A stretch of DNA of 20,000 nt from a bacterium (GTDB lineage: Bacteria > JADJOY01). The DNA is taken from positions 118,790 through 138,789 of the forward strand of contig JAXLQJ010000015.1 in assembly GCA_046331705.1 (NCBI GenBank), given 5' to 3'. The notes under the pieces were generated by a model. It searched no databases and was not told where the DNA came from. It saw nothing but the letters and a program-made list of their open reading frames with translations. Both the position numbers and the translations under genes were made by a program. This document shows positions 1 to 8,615 of the stretch, in pieces. Position 1 is the first letter of the stretch. Every line of letters begins with the position of its first letter.

Positions 1-1646
1 CTCTCGAGCGCCGCCGCCCACGCCAGCACTTGGTCTTCGCCGTCGTCACCGTTGCTCGCGATCTCGGTCACCCGCGGCTTGCCCTCGGTGAGGGTGCCGG
101 TCTTGTCGATCACCAGCGTGTCGATGCGCGCCAGGCGTTCGAGGGCCTCGGCGTTGCGGACCAGGATGCCGTTCGAGGCACCGCGGCCGGTCCCCACCAT
201 GATCGACATCGGAGTCGCGAGTCCGAGGGCACACGGGCAAGCGATGATGAGCACCGACACGGCACTCACCAGGGCGTGAACGAGACGCGGCTCCGGACCG
301 ATCGCGAGCCAAACCGCGAAGGCCACCAGCGCCGCCACCACCACGGCTGGCACGAACACCGCCGAGACCCGGTCGGCGATCTGCTGCACCGGCGCCCGGC
401 TGCGTTGGGCCTCGCCGACGAGCCGCACGATCCGCGCGAGCAGCGTGTCGCTGCCCACGTGCTCGGCACGCATCACGAAGCTGCCGGTGGTGTTGAGGGT
501 GCCGCCGGTGACACGATCGCCGCGTGCTTTCTCGACCGGGATGGCTTCGCCCGTCACCATCGATTCGTCGACGGCGCTGAGACCGTCGGCGACGACGCCG
601 TCCACGGGCACGCGCTCGCCAGGGCGAACCCGCAGGAAATCCCCAGGCACGATGGTGGCGAGCGGCACATCGGCTTCGGACCCGCCGTCGTCCACGCGGC
701 GGGCGATGGGCGGAGCGAGGTTCAAGAGCGCGCGGATCGCGTCGCCAGTACGGCGCCGCGCACGCAGCTCCAGCACTTGACCGAGCAGCACCAGGGTCAC
801 GATCACCGCGGCGGATTCGAGGTAGATCGGCACCTGGCCGCCGTGACCCGTTCGCAGCGACTCGGGAAAGAGACCCGGCGCCACCAGTGCCAGCAGGCTC
901 GTGCCGTAGGCCGCGCCGGTGCCGATGGCGATGAGCGTGAACATGTTGGCGGCGCGGTGGCGGAGCGAGACCCACGCGCGCTGGAAGAACGGCCAGCCGC
1001 ACCACAGCACCACGGGCGTGGCGAGGGCGAGCTCGAGCCAGCGTGCGAAAGGACTCGTGAGGGCGTGGGTGAGCGCCGGCACCATCTCGCCCATGGCGAT
1101 CGCGAACACCGGCAGCGTGAGCGCGGCAGCGACTCGCAATCGTCGCGTCATGTCCACGAGCTCGGGGTCGGGCGCTTCACTCACTGCGGCAACACGCGGC
1201 TCGAGCGCCATGCCGCAGATCGGGCAAGCGCCGGGCCGATCGGAGACCACCTCGGGATGCATCGGGCACACGTACTCGGTGCGGGTGGTGGGAGACGCGG
1301 GCTCGACGGGTTGCAGCGCCATTCCACATTTCGGGCACGTCGACGGGCCGACGCTGGTGATGCCCGGACACATCGGGCAGAAGTGCTCGCCCGAGCCTGC
1401 GACCGGCCCCGTGCTCGCCGCGACGGGCTCGGCGCCGTGGTGGTGCGCGTGGTCCTGGTGGGGCTCGTGCGCGGCGCCGTGCGCGCCGGGGCGGGCGTTG
1501 GCGCGCGCGAGCGCCCCTTCCGGATCTTCCTGGAACTTGTTCCGGCACCACTCGCTGCAGAACCAATAGGTGGTGCCGCCGTGGTCGTGGCGCAGCGTCG
1601 ACGTCGCGGGATCGACGTCCATGTCGCAGATCGGATCCTTGGCCAT
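1..1646 (-). CDS. copA: Heavy-metal (Cu+/Ag+) translocating P1B-type ATPase, 5' part (runs off the left edge)
   Basis: Manual translation (not in the ORF track) from ATG 1646: [21 protein letters not shown] (YHS domain), His-rich linker, two CPM..CPxCGMAL metal-binding domains, TGE actuator (ESMVTGE), transmembrane CPC ([13 protein letters not shown]), phosphorylation motif DKTGTLT. An alternative in-frame GTG at 1745 is preceded by GAGGAG. Confidence 0.95.
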   Translation of the reverse strand, partial: MAKDPICDMDVDPATSTLRHDHGGTTYWFCSEWCRNKFQEDPEGALARANARPGAHGAAHEPHQDHAHHHGAEPVAASTGPVAGSGEHFCPMCPGITSVGPSTCPKCGMALQPVEPASPTTRTEYVCPMHPEVVSDRPGACPICGMALEPRVAAVSEAPDPELVDMTRRLRVAAALTLPVFAIAMGEMVPALTHALTSPFARWLELALATPVVLWCGWPFFQRAWVSLRHRAANMFTLIAIGTGAAYGTSLLALVAPGLFPESLRTGHGGQVPIYLESAAVIVTLVLLGQVLELRARRRTGDAIRALLNLAPPIARRVDDGGSEADVPLATIVPGDFLRVRPGERVPVDGVVADGLSAVDESMVTGEAIPVEKARGDRVTGGTLNTTGSFVMRAEHVGSDTLLARIVRLVGEAQRSRAPVQQIADRVSAVFVPAVVVAALVAFAVWLAIGPEPRLVHALVSAVSVLIIACPCALGLATPMSIMVGTGRGASNGILVRNAEALERLARIDTLVIDKTGTLTEGKPRVTEIASNGDDGEDQVLAWAAALE

Positions 1647-1969
1647 GGCACTCAGTGTAGTGGTTGCAGGCCAGGCCGCCGTCGAGCGGTGCTGCGATGG
1701 GTGGGACGGCGGTGGGTTCGTTGGCTGCGCGTACGTTCGTTGCACGATTCGTCTCCTCTTCTCGAATGGGGGTGCGGCGCCTCGGCAAGCGCCTTCGCCG
1801 GGGCTCGTGCAGGCAGACGCGCGAGCGTCCGGCGCCTTACAGCCGCGCATCGCGATCGCGCGCCGAACGATCGCCGCGCGATCTCCGCGCGCGGCATCCA
1901 TTGCGACGGATCGGAAAATGTGCCACCCCAAGGCGCTCGGCGATGGCATCCGCAGCGAGGAGCGAACCA

Positions 1970-2620
1970 ATGAAGATCGCGGTGTTGGGCGGGACGGGGA
2001 AGATCGGCTTCGGCCTCGCGATGCGCTGGGCGCGCGCCGGGGAGCACGTCACCATCGGCTCGCGTGCCGCCGAGAAGGCAGCGACGGCCGCCGCGGAAGC
2101 GACCGAGAAGGCGGGCGCCACGGTGCACGGCGCCGCGAATCGCGACGCGGCATCGGCCGCCGACGTGGTGGTGCTCGCGGTGCCGTACGAAGCGCAAGCC
2201 GGCACCCTCGCGGACGTGAAGGACGCCGTGCAAGGCAAGCTCTTCATCACGGCCGTGAACCCCGTGGATCCGGCGCGGCTCCACGTGGCCATCCTGCCGC
2301 CCGAGGGCTCGGCCACCGAGCAGGCGCAGCGCCAGCTCGGCGCCGGCGTGAAGGTCGTCGCCGCGTTCCAGACCGTGCCTTCGTTCGTGGCGCGGGAGTT
2401 CAAGATCCCCTACGAGGGCGACGTGCTGGTGTGCGGCGACGACGCCGGCGCCAAGGAGGCGACCCGCGCGCTGGTGGAGAAGGCGGGTTTTCGCGCGTTC
2501 GACGCGGGGCCGATCGCGAACGCGTACGTGGTCGAGGGGCTCGTCTCGCTCAGCCTGGCGATCAAGAAGGTGCATCCGTTGAAGCGGCTCGGCTTCCGCG
2601 TGGTGGGCGCGCCGACCTGA
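1970..2620 (+). CDS. npdG: NADPH-dependent F420 reductase (F420H2:NADP+ oxidoreductase family)
   Basis: [67 protein letters not shown] are typical of NpdG/Fno. GAGGAG RBS at 1957-1962. Confidence 0.85.
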   Translation: MKIAVLGGTGKIGFGLAMRWARAGEHVTIGSRAAEKAATAAAEATEKAGATVHGAANRDAASAADVVVLAVPYEAQAGTLADVKDAVQGKLFITAVNPVDPARLHVAILPPEGSATEQAQRQLGAGVKVVAAFQTVPSFVAREFKIPYEGDVLVCGDDAGAKEATRALVEKAGFRAFDAGPIANAYVVEGLVSLSLAIKKVHPLKRLGFRVVGAPT

Positions 2621-2628
2621 GGCCCGCC

Positions 2629-3606
2629 GTGGACGGCGCCCAGCGCGAGTGGCCGCCGGGGTACTGGTACCCGATCCTCGACTCGCGCGCGCTGGGCTCG
2701 CGGCCGCTTCACCTCGAGCGTTTCGGCCGCGCGCTCGTGTTGTGGCGCGATCGCGCGGGCCGCGCCGTCGCGTTTCCCGCGGCGTGCCCGCATCGCGGCG
2801 CCGATCTCGGCCAGGGGCGGGTGGTCGAGGGTGCGCTCGAATGCCCGTTCCACGGCTTCCTGTGGGACGCGACGGGGCGTTGCGTTCGCGTTCCGTGTGA
2901 AGGCCGTGACGCGGTGATCTCTAAGCGCCTCGACGCCAAGCTGCTCCCGCTTCGCGAGGCGCACGACCTCCTCTGGCTCTGGTGGGGCGAGGAACGCGAC
3001 GCGCTACCGGACCCGCCCTGGTTCGACGGCCTGCCGGCGAGCTGCGCGGGCAGCTCCACCACGAGCTACGTCTGGCGCTTGTCGCTGGCGCGCATGATGG
3101 AGGCGGTGCTCGACCTGCACCATTTCCCCGTGCTTCATCGGCGCTGGTCGCTCGGCATCGGCCGGCGGCTCGATCCCTACCGGGCGCTTATCGAGGGCGA
3201 CGAGATCCGGGTCGAGGCGACGCTGCGTCCCGATCCCGCGGACCCGGCGGGCGGCACGAAGACCCAGGAGTTTCGGACCCGCATCGCGTTCCCGAGCGTG
3301 ATGCTCTCCGAGGTCCAGGTGCCGGTGCTGGTGGTGTGCTGCCCGATCGATCCCGAGCACGTGTGGCTTCATCTGCGTTTCTATCCGCGGCTCGGCGCGC
3401 CGCCCGTGCTCGGCGGGATCTTCTCGTGGCTGCTCATGTGGGCCGAGAAGCTCTTCATCTTCCCCGCCGACCTCGAGGTGATGCTCGCCACCGAGCCGCG
3501 TCGCGACGGCGCCGACGTCAACGTGCTGGTGCATTCGGACGGCGCGATCGCGCATTGGTACCGTCTGCGCGAGCGGGCGTTCGCCACCGCGGCGGCCCGA
3601 GACTGA
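2629..3606 (+). CDS. Rieske [2Fe-2S] non-heme iron oxygenase, alpha-subunit type (VanA/KshA-like)
   Basis: GTG start 8 nt after the npdG stop; N-terminal YWYPI; Rieske motif CPH-x16-CPFHG; mononuclear Fe motif D-x2-H-x4-H (DLHHFPVLH); candidate C-terminal Asp ligand (FPADLEVM). Substrate unknown. Confidence 0.88.
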   Translation: MDGAQREWPPGYWYPILDSRALGSRPLHLERFGRALVLWRDRAGRAVAFPAACPHRGADLGQGRVVEGALECPFHGFLWDATGRCVRVPCEGRDAVISKRLDAKLLPLREAHDLLWLWWGEERDALPDPPWFDGLPASCAGSSTTSYVWRLSLARMMEAVLDLHHFPVLHRRWSLGIGRRLDPYRALIEGDEIRVEATLRPDPADPAGGTKTQEFRTRIAFPSVMLSEVQVPVLVVCCPIDPEHVWLHLRFYPRLGAPPVLGGIFSWLLMWAEKLFIFPADLEVMLATEPRRDGADVNVLVHSDGAIAHWYRLRERAFATAAARD

Positions 3607-3687
3607 TCCGTCGGCTGCGCGCCGGCCGTCGCCGCGGTGCGCCGGGCGGCCGTTCCTCGGCCGCCGCGCGCGACGCTGCGCGCGGGA

Positions 3688-5199
3688 TCAGCGGCGCGGC
3701 GCGAGCGCCACGGCCGGATCCAGCGCGTAGACGCCGCAGCGCGATGCGGCGACCAGCGTCTTGCGCTCGCGATCGTAGAGCACCTCGCGGACCTTGCTGC
3801 CGATGTGGGCGCGCGCCTTCACCGCCCCCGAGCCGCCGTCGATGCGGCGCAGCTCGCCGGTGACGTAGTCGCCGACGACCACGTCGTTCCCGTCGATCCA
3901 GTCGAACCACCACGTGCCGTAGCCGACGGAGATCTCGCGCTCGAGCGCCAGGGTCTTGGCGCTGAGCACCGCGAGCCGCCCCGGGAACGAGACCGCCATC
4001 CAGATCTCGGCGCCCGACGGCGAGCGCACCACGTCGCGCGCCGGGAAGAGCCACTCGGCGGCGTAGACGCGCTCGAGCCCGTCGTACGACATCGCTTGCC
4101 ACGTGCAGGTCGCGGACGCGTTGCCCACCACCACCACGCCAGCGTCGGGCAGCGGCACGATGTGGGACGGCGCGCAGTTGTCGGGAAGGCAGGCCTGGCT
4201 CTTCTGCGTGTCGGGGTACACCGTGCGCAGCTCCGCGGCGCTCGGCATGGGGGCCGCGACGTGGCCGTCGACGCGCTCGAGCGTGCGCGGGTCGATGGCC
4301 GCGACACAGCCCGGCTCGCCCTCGTGGCCGACCAAGAGCCTCCCCGCGCGCTCGTCCCAGGCGAGCCCGAGCGGGCGCGTGAGCGGCACCTCGCCGCGGG
4401 CCTCGAAGGTCGCGCGATCGACGAATCGCACCACGTCCCGGCCCAGCACGGAGACCGCGACGAGGTCGGTGCCGGGTATCGCGAGCGCCTCGACGGCGGG
4501 GCGATCCACGAGCACGCGCCGATCGGCGGGGTGGTCGGGGTCGAGGCGGATGACCGCGTGTCGCAAGCCCAACGCCACCTCCGGCCCGCACGCGACCAGC
4601 AAGGTGCGATCGACGGGATCGAGGGTGATGACGCGCACCACCTGGCATTCGGAGTCGAGCAACGGATCCGGGCTCGGACGTCCGGCCGCGGGCTCGAAGA
4701 GCAGCAGCGGGCGTACGCCGGCTTGCGACGGCACCTCGCTGCACGAGGTCCCCATCCAGCCGGCGTAGGCGCACACGTTGATCGCCAGCGAGACCGCGAA
4801 GGTGGACGATAGCGCGCGGATCGGGCTCGGGAGCCAGCTCGGCGCGCGCGTGATCGCCACCACGATCCACACGGCGGCGAGCGCGGCAGCGACCGTGAGC
4901 GGCACGGGCTCGATGTGCAGCGCCGACCAGATCCCAGGACCCTGGCTCAGCGCCATCACGATGCGATGGACGGAGACGTACCAGGCCATCCAGCGTGCGA
5001 CGCCAGGCTTGCGCGCGGCGCCGAACCCGCCCAGCCGATCGAGCGCCACGACGCTCGCGACGTCGAGGGCGGTGATGAGCGCCATGCCGACGAGCAGCCC
5101 GCCGCCGCCGAAGAGCGCTGCAGCGAGCGGGAACCAATGCCAAAGTCCGGTCTCGGCGACGAGCGCCAATCCGCGAAGCACGCGCACGCGCCGAACCAT
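3688..5199 (-). CDS. Membrane-anchored protein: N-terminal hydrophobic helices plus putative YncE-like beta-propeller
   Basis: The first ~140 aa contain several hydrophobic segments. The C-terminus has repeated blade-like units (ITLDPVDRTLLVA, LAWDERAGRLLVG, VRSPSGAEIWMA, LYDRERKTLVAA). Start uncertain; a frameshift near 5171 is possible. Confidence 0.6.
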   Translation of the reverse strand: MVRRVRVLRGLALVAETGLWHWFPLAAALFGGGGLLVGMALITALDVASVVALDRLGGFGAARKPGVARWMAWYVSVHRIVMALSQGPGIWSALHIEPVPLTVAAALAAVWIVVAITRAPSWLPSPIRALSSTFAVSLAINVCAYAGWMGTSCSEVPSQAGVRPLLLFEPAAGRPSPDPLLDSECQVVRVITLDPVDRTLLVACGPEVALGLRHAVIRLDPDHPADRRVLVDRPAVEALAIPGTDLVAVSVLGRDVVRFVDRATFEARGEVPLTRPLGLAWDERAGRLLVGHEGEPGCVAAIDPRTLERVDGHVAAPMPSAAELRTVYPDTQKSQACLPDNCAPSHIVPLPDAGVVVVGNASATCTWQAMSYDGLERVYAAEWLFPARDVVRSPSGAEIWMAVSFPGRLAVLSAKTLALEREISVGYGTWWFDWIDGNDVVVGDYVTGELRRIDGGSGAVKARAHIGSKVREVLYDRERKTLVAASRCGVYALDPAVALAPRR

Positions 5200-5345
5200 A
5201 CCAGCGCCTTCGCCGTGATCCAGGCCGCGTTCGCGAGCCCGCTCTCGCGAGGAGCCGCCGACCCTGGGCGGCGCTTCGCTCGTGGCGCGGCGTCACGCGG
5301 CATCGAGTCGCGTCGAGCTGCGCGTGGATCTACCGTCGAGCTGCG

Positions 5346-5375
5346 TTGCGACACCGCGCGCCGCTGGGCTAGCAT
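5346..5375 (+). promoter_or_regulatory. Putative sigma70-type promoter for the acyltransferase
   Basis: TTGCGA (5346-5351), 18 bp, TAGCAT (5370-5375), immediately preceded by a 12-bp direct repeat. Confidence 0.35.
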
Positions 5376-5584
5376 CGCGCCCGACCCCCGTGAACGCGCG
5401 TCGCCGTGGCGGCCCATGCGCACCTCGCCTGCCAAACGACCTTCGACGACTCGGTGCTGCCTTGGACGCGGTGTCGCCGTGACTCCGCGCTCGAACGCGC
5501 GGCAGGCCGCCGCGCGCTCGTCGCGACGTGCTCACGGACCGAGCGCACCCCACCGTGACGGGTGATCCGCAGAGGCGGCGCTCG

Positions 5585-6196
5585 ATGTCCTTCGCGCACC
5601 TGCTCCGGTCCAAGATCGCCGAGCGCGGCTGGCGCGCGATCCTCAAGTACCTCGTCTTGAATCCGCTCGAGATGGCGGCGCGCTGGATTCCGTACTCGCC
5701 GATGCGCGTCGCGGTGATCCGCGCTCTCGGCGCGAACATCGACTTCAGCGTGATGCTCTATCCGGTCGAGTTCCTGAACATCGACATCGGCAGCTTCCGG
5801 AACCTCACGATCGGCCCGTACTGCCACATCAACAGCCGCGTCATGATCGATCTGCGCGGCCCCGTGACGATCGGCGAGCGGGTGAGCATCGGCGCCGGCA
5901 CCACGATCCTCTCGCACGAAGCGGCGCCGCCGCTCTCGCCCATGGCCGACTACATCCCGGAGCGCGTGGCCGGCGTCACGATCGAGCGGGGCGCCTACAT
6001 CGGCGCGGGCGCGATCGTGCTGTGCGGCATCACGATCGGCGAGATGGCGGTGGTGGGGGCCGGCGCCGTGGTCACGCGCGACGTGCCGCCGTACACCGTC
6101 GTGGGCGGCGTGCCGGCGCGGGTGCTCGAGCGGCTCGACCCGGCGACCAAGCGTTTCGTGCCGGTGCTGGCGTCGCGCCCCGGACGCGCGGCCTGA
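5585..6196 (+). CDS. Hexapeptide-repeat (left-handed beta-helix) acyltransferase, maltose/galactoside O-acetyltransferase-like
   Basis: LTIGPYCHIN, VTIGERVSIGAGTTILSH, IERGAYIGAGAIVLCGITIGEMAVVGAGAVVTRDVPPYTVVGGVPARV. Alternative GTG start at 5555. Confidence 0.88.
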   Translation: MSFAHLLRSKIAERGWRAILKYLVLNPLEMAARWIPYSPMRVAVIRALGANIDFSVMLYPVEFLNIDIGSFRNLTIGPYCHINSRVMIDLRGPVTIGERVSIGAGTTILSHEAAPPLSPMADYIPERVAGVTIERGAYIGAGAIVLCGITIGEMAVVGAGAVVTRDVPPYTVVGGVPARVLERLDPATKRFVPVLASRPGRAA

Positions 6197-6233
6197 CGCC
6201 GGATCATCGGCGACGGCGTGCCGCTCGACCCGC

Positions 6234-7709
6234 TCACGCAGGTTGCGCGGCGCCGAGCAGCACCGGCGTCGGTGCTTGGTGCTGCCCGCTGCCGAAACCG
6301 TACGGCCGATTGGTGAGCAGCGAGAGCAGCTGCGTGAGGCCGTTGAGCAGCGAGCGCGCCGGAACGCGCCTCAAGATCCGCACCAGCCGCCGCGGATGGA
6401 AATAGAACCGCAGGTAGCTCGCGCGGATGAGCTTGCTCAGCGGATAGCCGTAGGCGCGCTCGTACCAGGATTCGGCGTTGTGGTAGTCGCTCGTCTCGGG
6501 GAGCGCCTCGAGGGCGGCGGGATGCTCCCGCATCGCCAGCTCGTAGAGCCCCGTGCCTTTCTGCGGCGAGGGCGTGAAGAAGTAACCGAAGGTGAGACGG
6601 CTCGCGAGCGCCAGCCGAACGGTACGCTCGATCTCCTCGCGGGTCTCGGTCGGGAAGCCGAGCATGAAGAAGCCGCGCACCATCATCCCGCGCCGATCGG
6701 CTTGCTCGATGGCCCACAGCGTCTTGTCGATGTCGAGGTGCTTCTCGACCAGCGTCTGCACGCGCGGGCTGGCGGTCTCGATGGCCACCGACATCGAATA
6801 GGTGCCGCCGGCGGCGAGCGCGTCCAGCACCGGCTCGTCGAGGATGTCGGCGCGCAGCCCCCCCGGCATGGCGAAGTGGAGCCGTCCCGGCCAGCGCTCC
6901 GCGGATCCGTACATGATCTTCTTGAGCCGCGGGCGATGGAGATTGAAGATGTCGTCGACGATCTGGAGCTCGTCCACGCCGAACGCCTCGTGAAGCCATG
7001 CGATCTCGCCGAGCACGTGCTCGGCGCTGCGATGCCGGAACTTCTTGCCGAACACGTCGTGGCAATAACTGCACTTGTACGGACAACCGCGTGAAGTGAA
7101 GAGCGGGGCGTAGCGGCGCCCCTTGAGCATGCTGTTGATGTTGGGCAAACGCGCGTAGTGATCGAAGTCGACGAGGTCCCACGCGGGGTAGGGAAGCGCG
7201 TCGAGGTCGCGCACGGTGTCGGCGCCGTTCGGCACGTGCGTCTCGCCGTCCGAGCGCCGATACGCGAGACCGGCGAGGTCGGTGCCGAGCGGCGTGCCGC
7301 CGAAGTGGCGTGCCAGCGCTTCCGGGAAGACGTGCTCGCCTTCGCCGTCGACGGCCCAATCGAAGCGCGACGCATCCAGCACCTCGGCGAGCCGACGGTG
7401 CGGATACGGCCCGCCGAGCACGGCGAGCACGCGTGGGTCGTGGGCCTTGACCGCGGCGGCGATGGCCCGTGCGTTCGGCGCCTCGGCGTTGAGCGCCGAG
7501 ACCGCGACCACGTGCGGGCGCTCGCGAGCGAGCTCGCCGGCCAGCCAATCGACGCCGAGCCCGTAGGCATCCATGTCCACGGCGCGCACGGCCATCTCGC
7601 GGCCGAAACGTTGCCGCAGCACCGCGGCGATCTGGAGCAGGCCGAGCGGTGGACCGATGATCTTGCTGACGAGCGATTGCGGAGGCTTGAGCAGCAGGAC
7701 GCGCAACAT
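6234..7709 (-). CDS. Cobalamin-binding-domain radical SAM protein
   Basis: N-terminal PPLGLLQIAAVL, VLGGPYP, DGEGE (B12-binding domain); DLDALPYPAWDL; TSRGCPYKCSYC (CxxxCxxC); IVDDIFN; FFMLGFPTET. Confidence 0.93.
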   Translation of the reverse strand: MLRVLLLKPPQSLVSKIIGPPLGLLQIAAVLRQRFGREMAVRAVDMDAYGLGVDWLAGELARERPHVVAVSALNAEAPNARAIAAAVKAHDPRVLAVLGGPYPHRRLAEVLDASRFDWAVDGEGEHVFPEALARHFGGTPLGTDLAGLAYRRSDGETHVPNGADTVRDLDALPYPAWDLVDFDHYARLPNINSMLKGRRYAPLFTSRGCPYKCSYCHDVFGKKFRHRSAEHVLGEIAWLHEAFGVDELQIVDDIFNLHRPRLKKIMYGSAERWPGRLHFAMPGGLRADILDEPVLDALAAGGTYSMSVAIETASPRVQTLVEKHLDIDKTLWAIEQADRRGMMVRGFFMLGFPTETREEIERTVRLALASRLTFGYFFTPSPQKGTGLYELAMREHPAALEALPETSDYHNAESWYERAYGYPLSKLIRASYLRFYFHPRRLVRILRRVPARSLLNGLTQLLSLLTNRPYGFGSGQHQAPTPVLLGAAQPA

Positions 7710-7928
7710 CGTGTCGGCTCGCGCGCGAAGGGGCGGTGGGGATTCGTGCCGAGTCGGCGGTCTCGAGAGCCGCGCGGCGATTCGTTCGCGGCGCCGGCTT
7801 CCGACGAAAAGCTTATAGCACGCGACCGCGGGCACCCCGTGAGCGCCGTCCCCGTCCACCCGCCGGCGCGCGGGGCACGCGAGCGCGGTTGCGCGATCGG
7901 GCGCGGCGGGCCATTCTCCGGCAACACC

Positions 7929-8615
7929 ATGAAGCGCGGCCACCCTTTCTTCATCTCGTTCGAGGGTGGCGAAGGCGCCGGCAAGACGACCCAGATCGGG
8001 TTGCTCGCCGCGCGCCTGCGATCGCAAGGGCGGGTCGTGACCGAGACCCGGGAGCCCGGCGGAGGCTCGCTCGGGATGCCGATCCGTCGGCTCTTGCTCG
8101 ACGCACGCAACCAGGGATTGGACGCGATGGCGGAGCTCATGCTCATCGAAGCGCAGCGCGCGCAGCACGTTCGCGACGTCATCCGGCCCGCGCTGGCGGC
8201 AGGACACGTCGTGCTCACGGATCGCTACACCGACTCCACGACCGCGTACCAGGGCGGCGGGCGAAGGCTCGACCGCAAGCTCGTCGAGTCGCTGAATCAC
8301 GCGGCGACGGGCGGGCTGGCGCCGGACCTGACGCTCTTGCTCGACGTGCCGATCGAGCGCGGGCTCACCCGCGCTCGCGCCCGCAACGCCGGATCGTCGC
8401 GCAGCGAGCGCGAGGGTCGCTTCGAGGCCGAGGCGCTCGCGTTCCATCGGCGCGTGCGGCGCGAGTTCCAGCGACTCGCGCGCACCGAGCCGCGCCGCTT
8501 CCAGGTGGTTCGCGCGGACCGCTCGATCGAGGACGTGGCGGCTGCCATCGGCGGGATCGTCGAGGATCGGCTCGCCCAGCGACCGCGGTCCGTCCGCGCG
8601 AGGACGCGGTCATGA
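7929..8615 (+). CDS. tmk: Thymidylate (dTMP) kinase
   Basis: FISFEGGEGAGKTTQ P-loop, TREPGG, VLTDRYTDSTTAYQG, PDLTLLLD. Confidence 0.96.
   Translation: MKRGHPFFISFEGGEGAGKTTQIGLLAARLRSQGRVVTETREPGGGSLGMPIRRLLLDARNQGLDAMAELMLIEAQRAQHVRDVIRPALAAGHVVLTDRYTDSTTAYQGGGRRLDRKLVESLNHAATGGLAPDLTLLLDVPIERGLTRARARNAGSSRSEREGRFEAEALAFHRRVRREFQRLARTEPRRFQVVRADRSIEDVAAAIGGIVEDRLAQRPRSVRARTRS

Noticed and set aside
30-1973. 647-aa plus-strand ORF
   Set aside because: Antisense shadow of copA; the minus frame carries all P-type ATPase motifs. Long shadow ORFs are expected at this GC content.
1570-2628. N-terminal 350 aa of the 678-aa ORF, suggesting a large Rieske fusion
   Set aside because: Arg/Gly-rich off-frame read through npdG and the copA leader; recognisable protein starts only at GTG 2629.
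3644-3664. GGCGGCCG-ttcct-CGGCCGCC hairpin between convergent genes
   Set aside because: No U-tract on either side; could be a terminator but is unsupported in GC-rich DNA.
7158-8447. Long overlapping extensions of the radical SAM (to 8447), tmk (from 7158) and ricT (from 7736) ORFs
   Set aside because: The extensions lack motifs and overlap real genes; starts at 7709, 7929 and 8612 fit the family N-termini.
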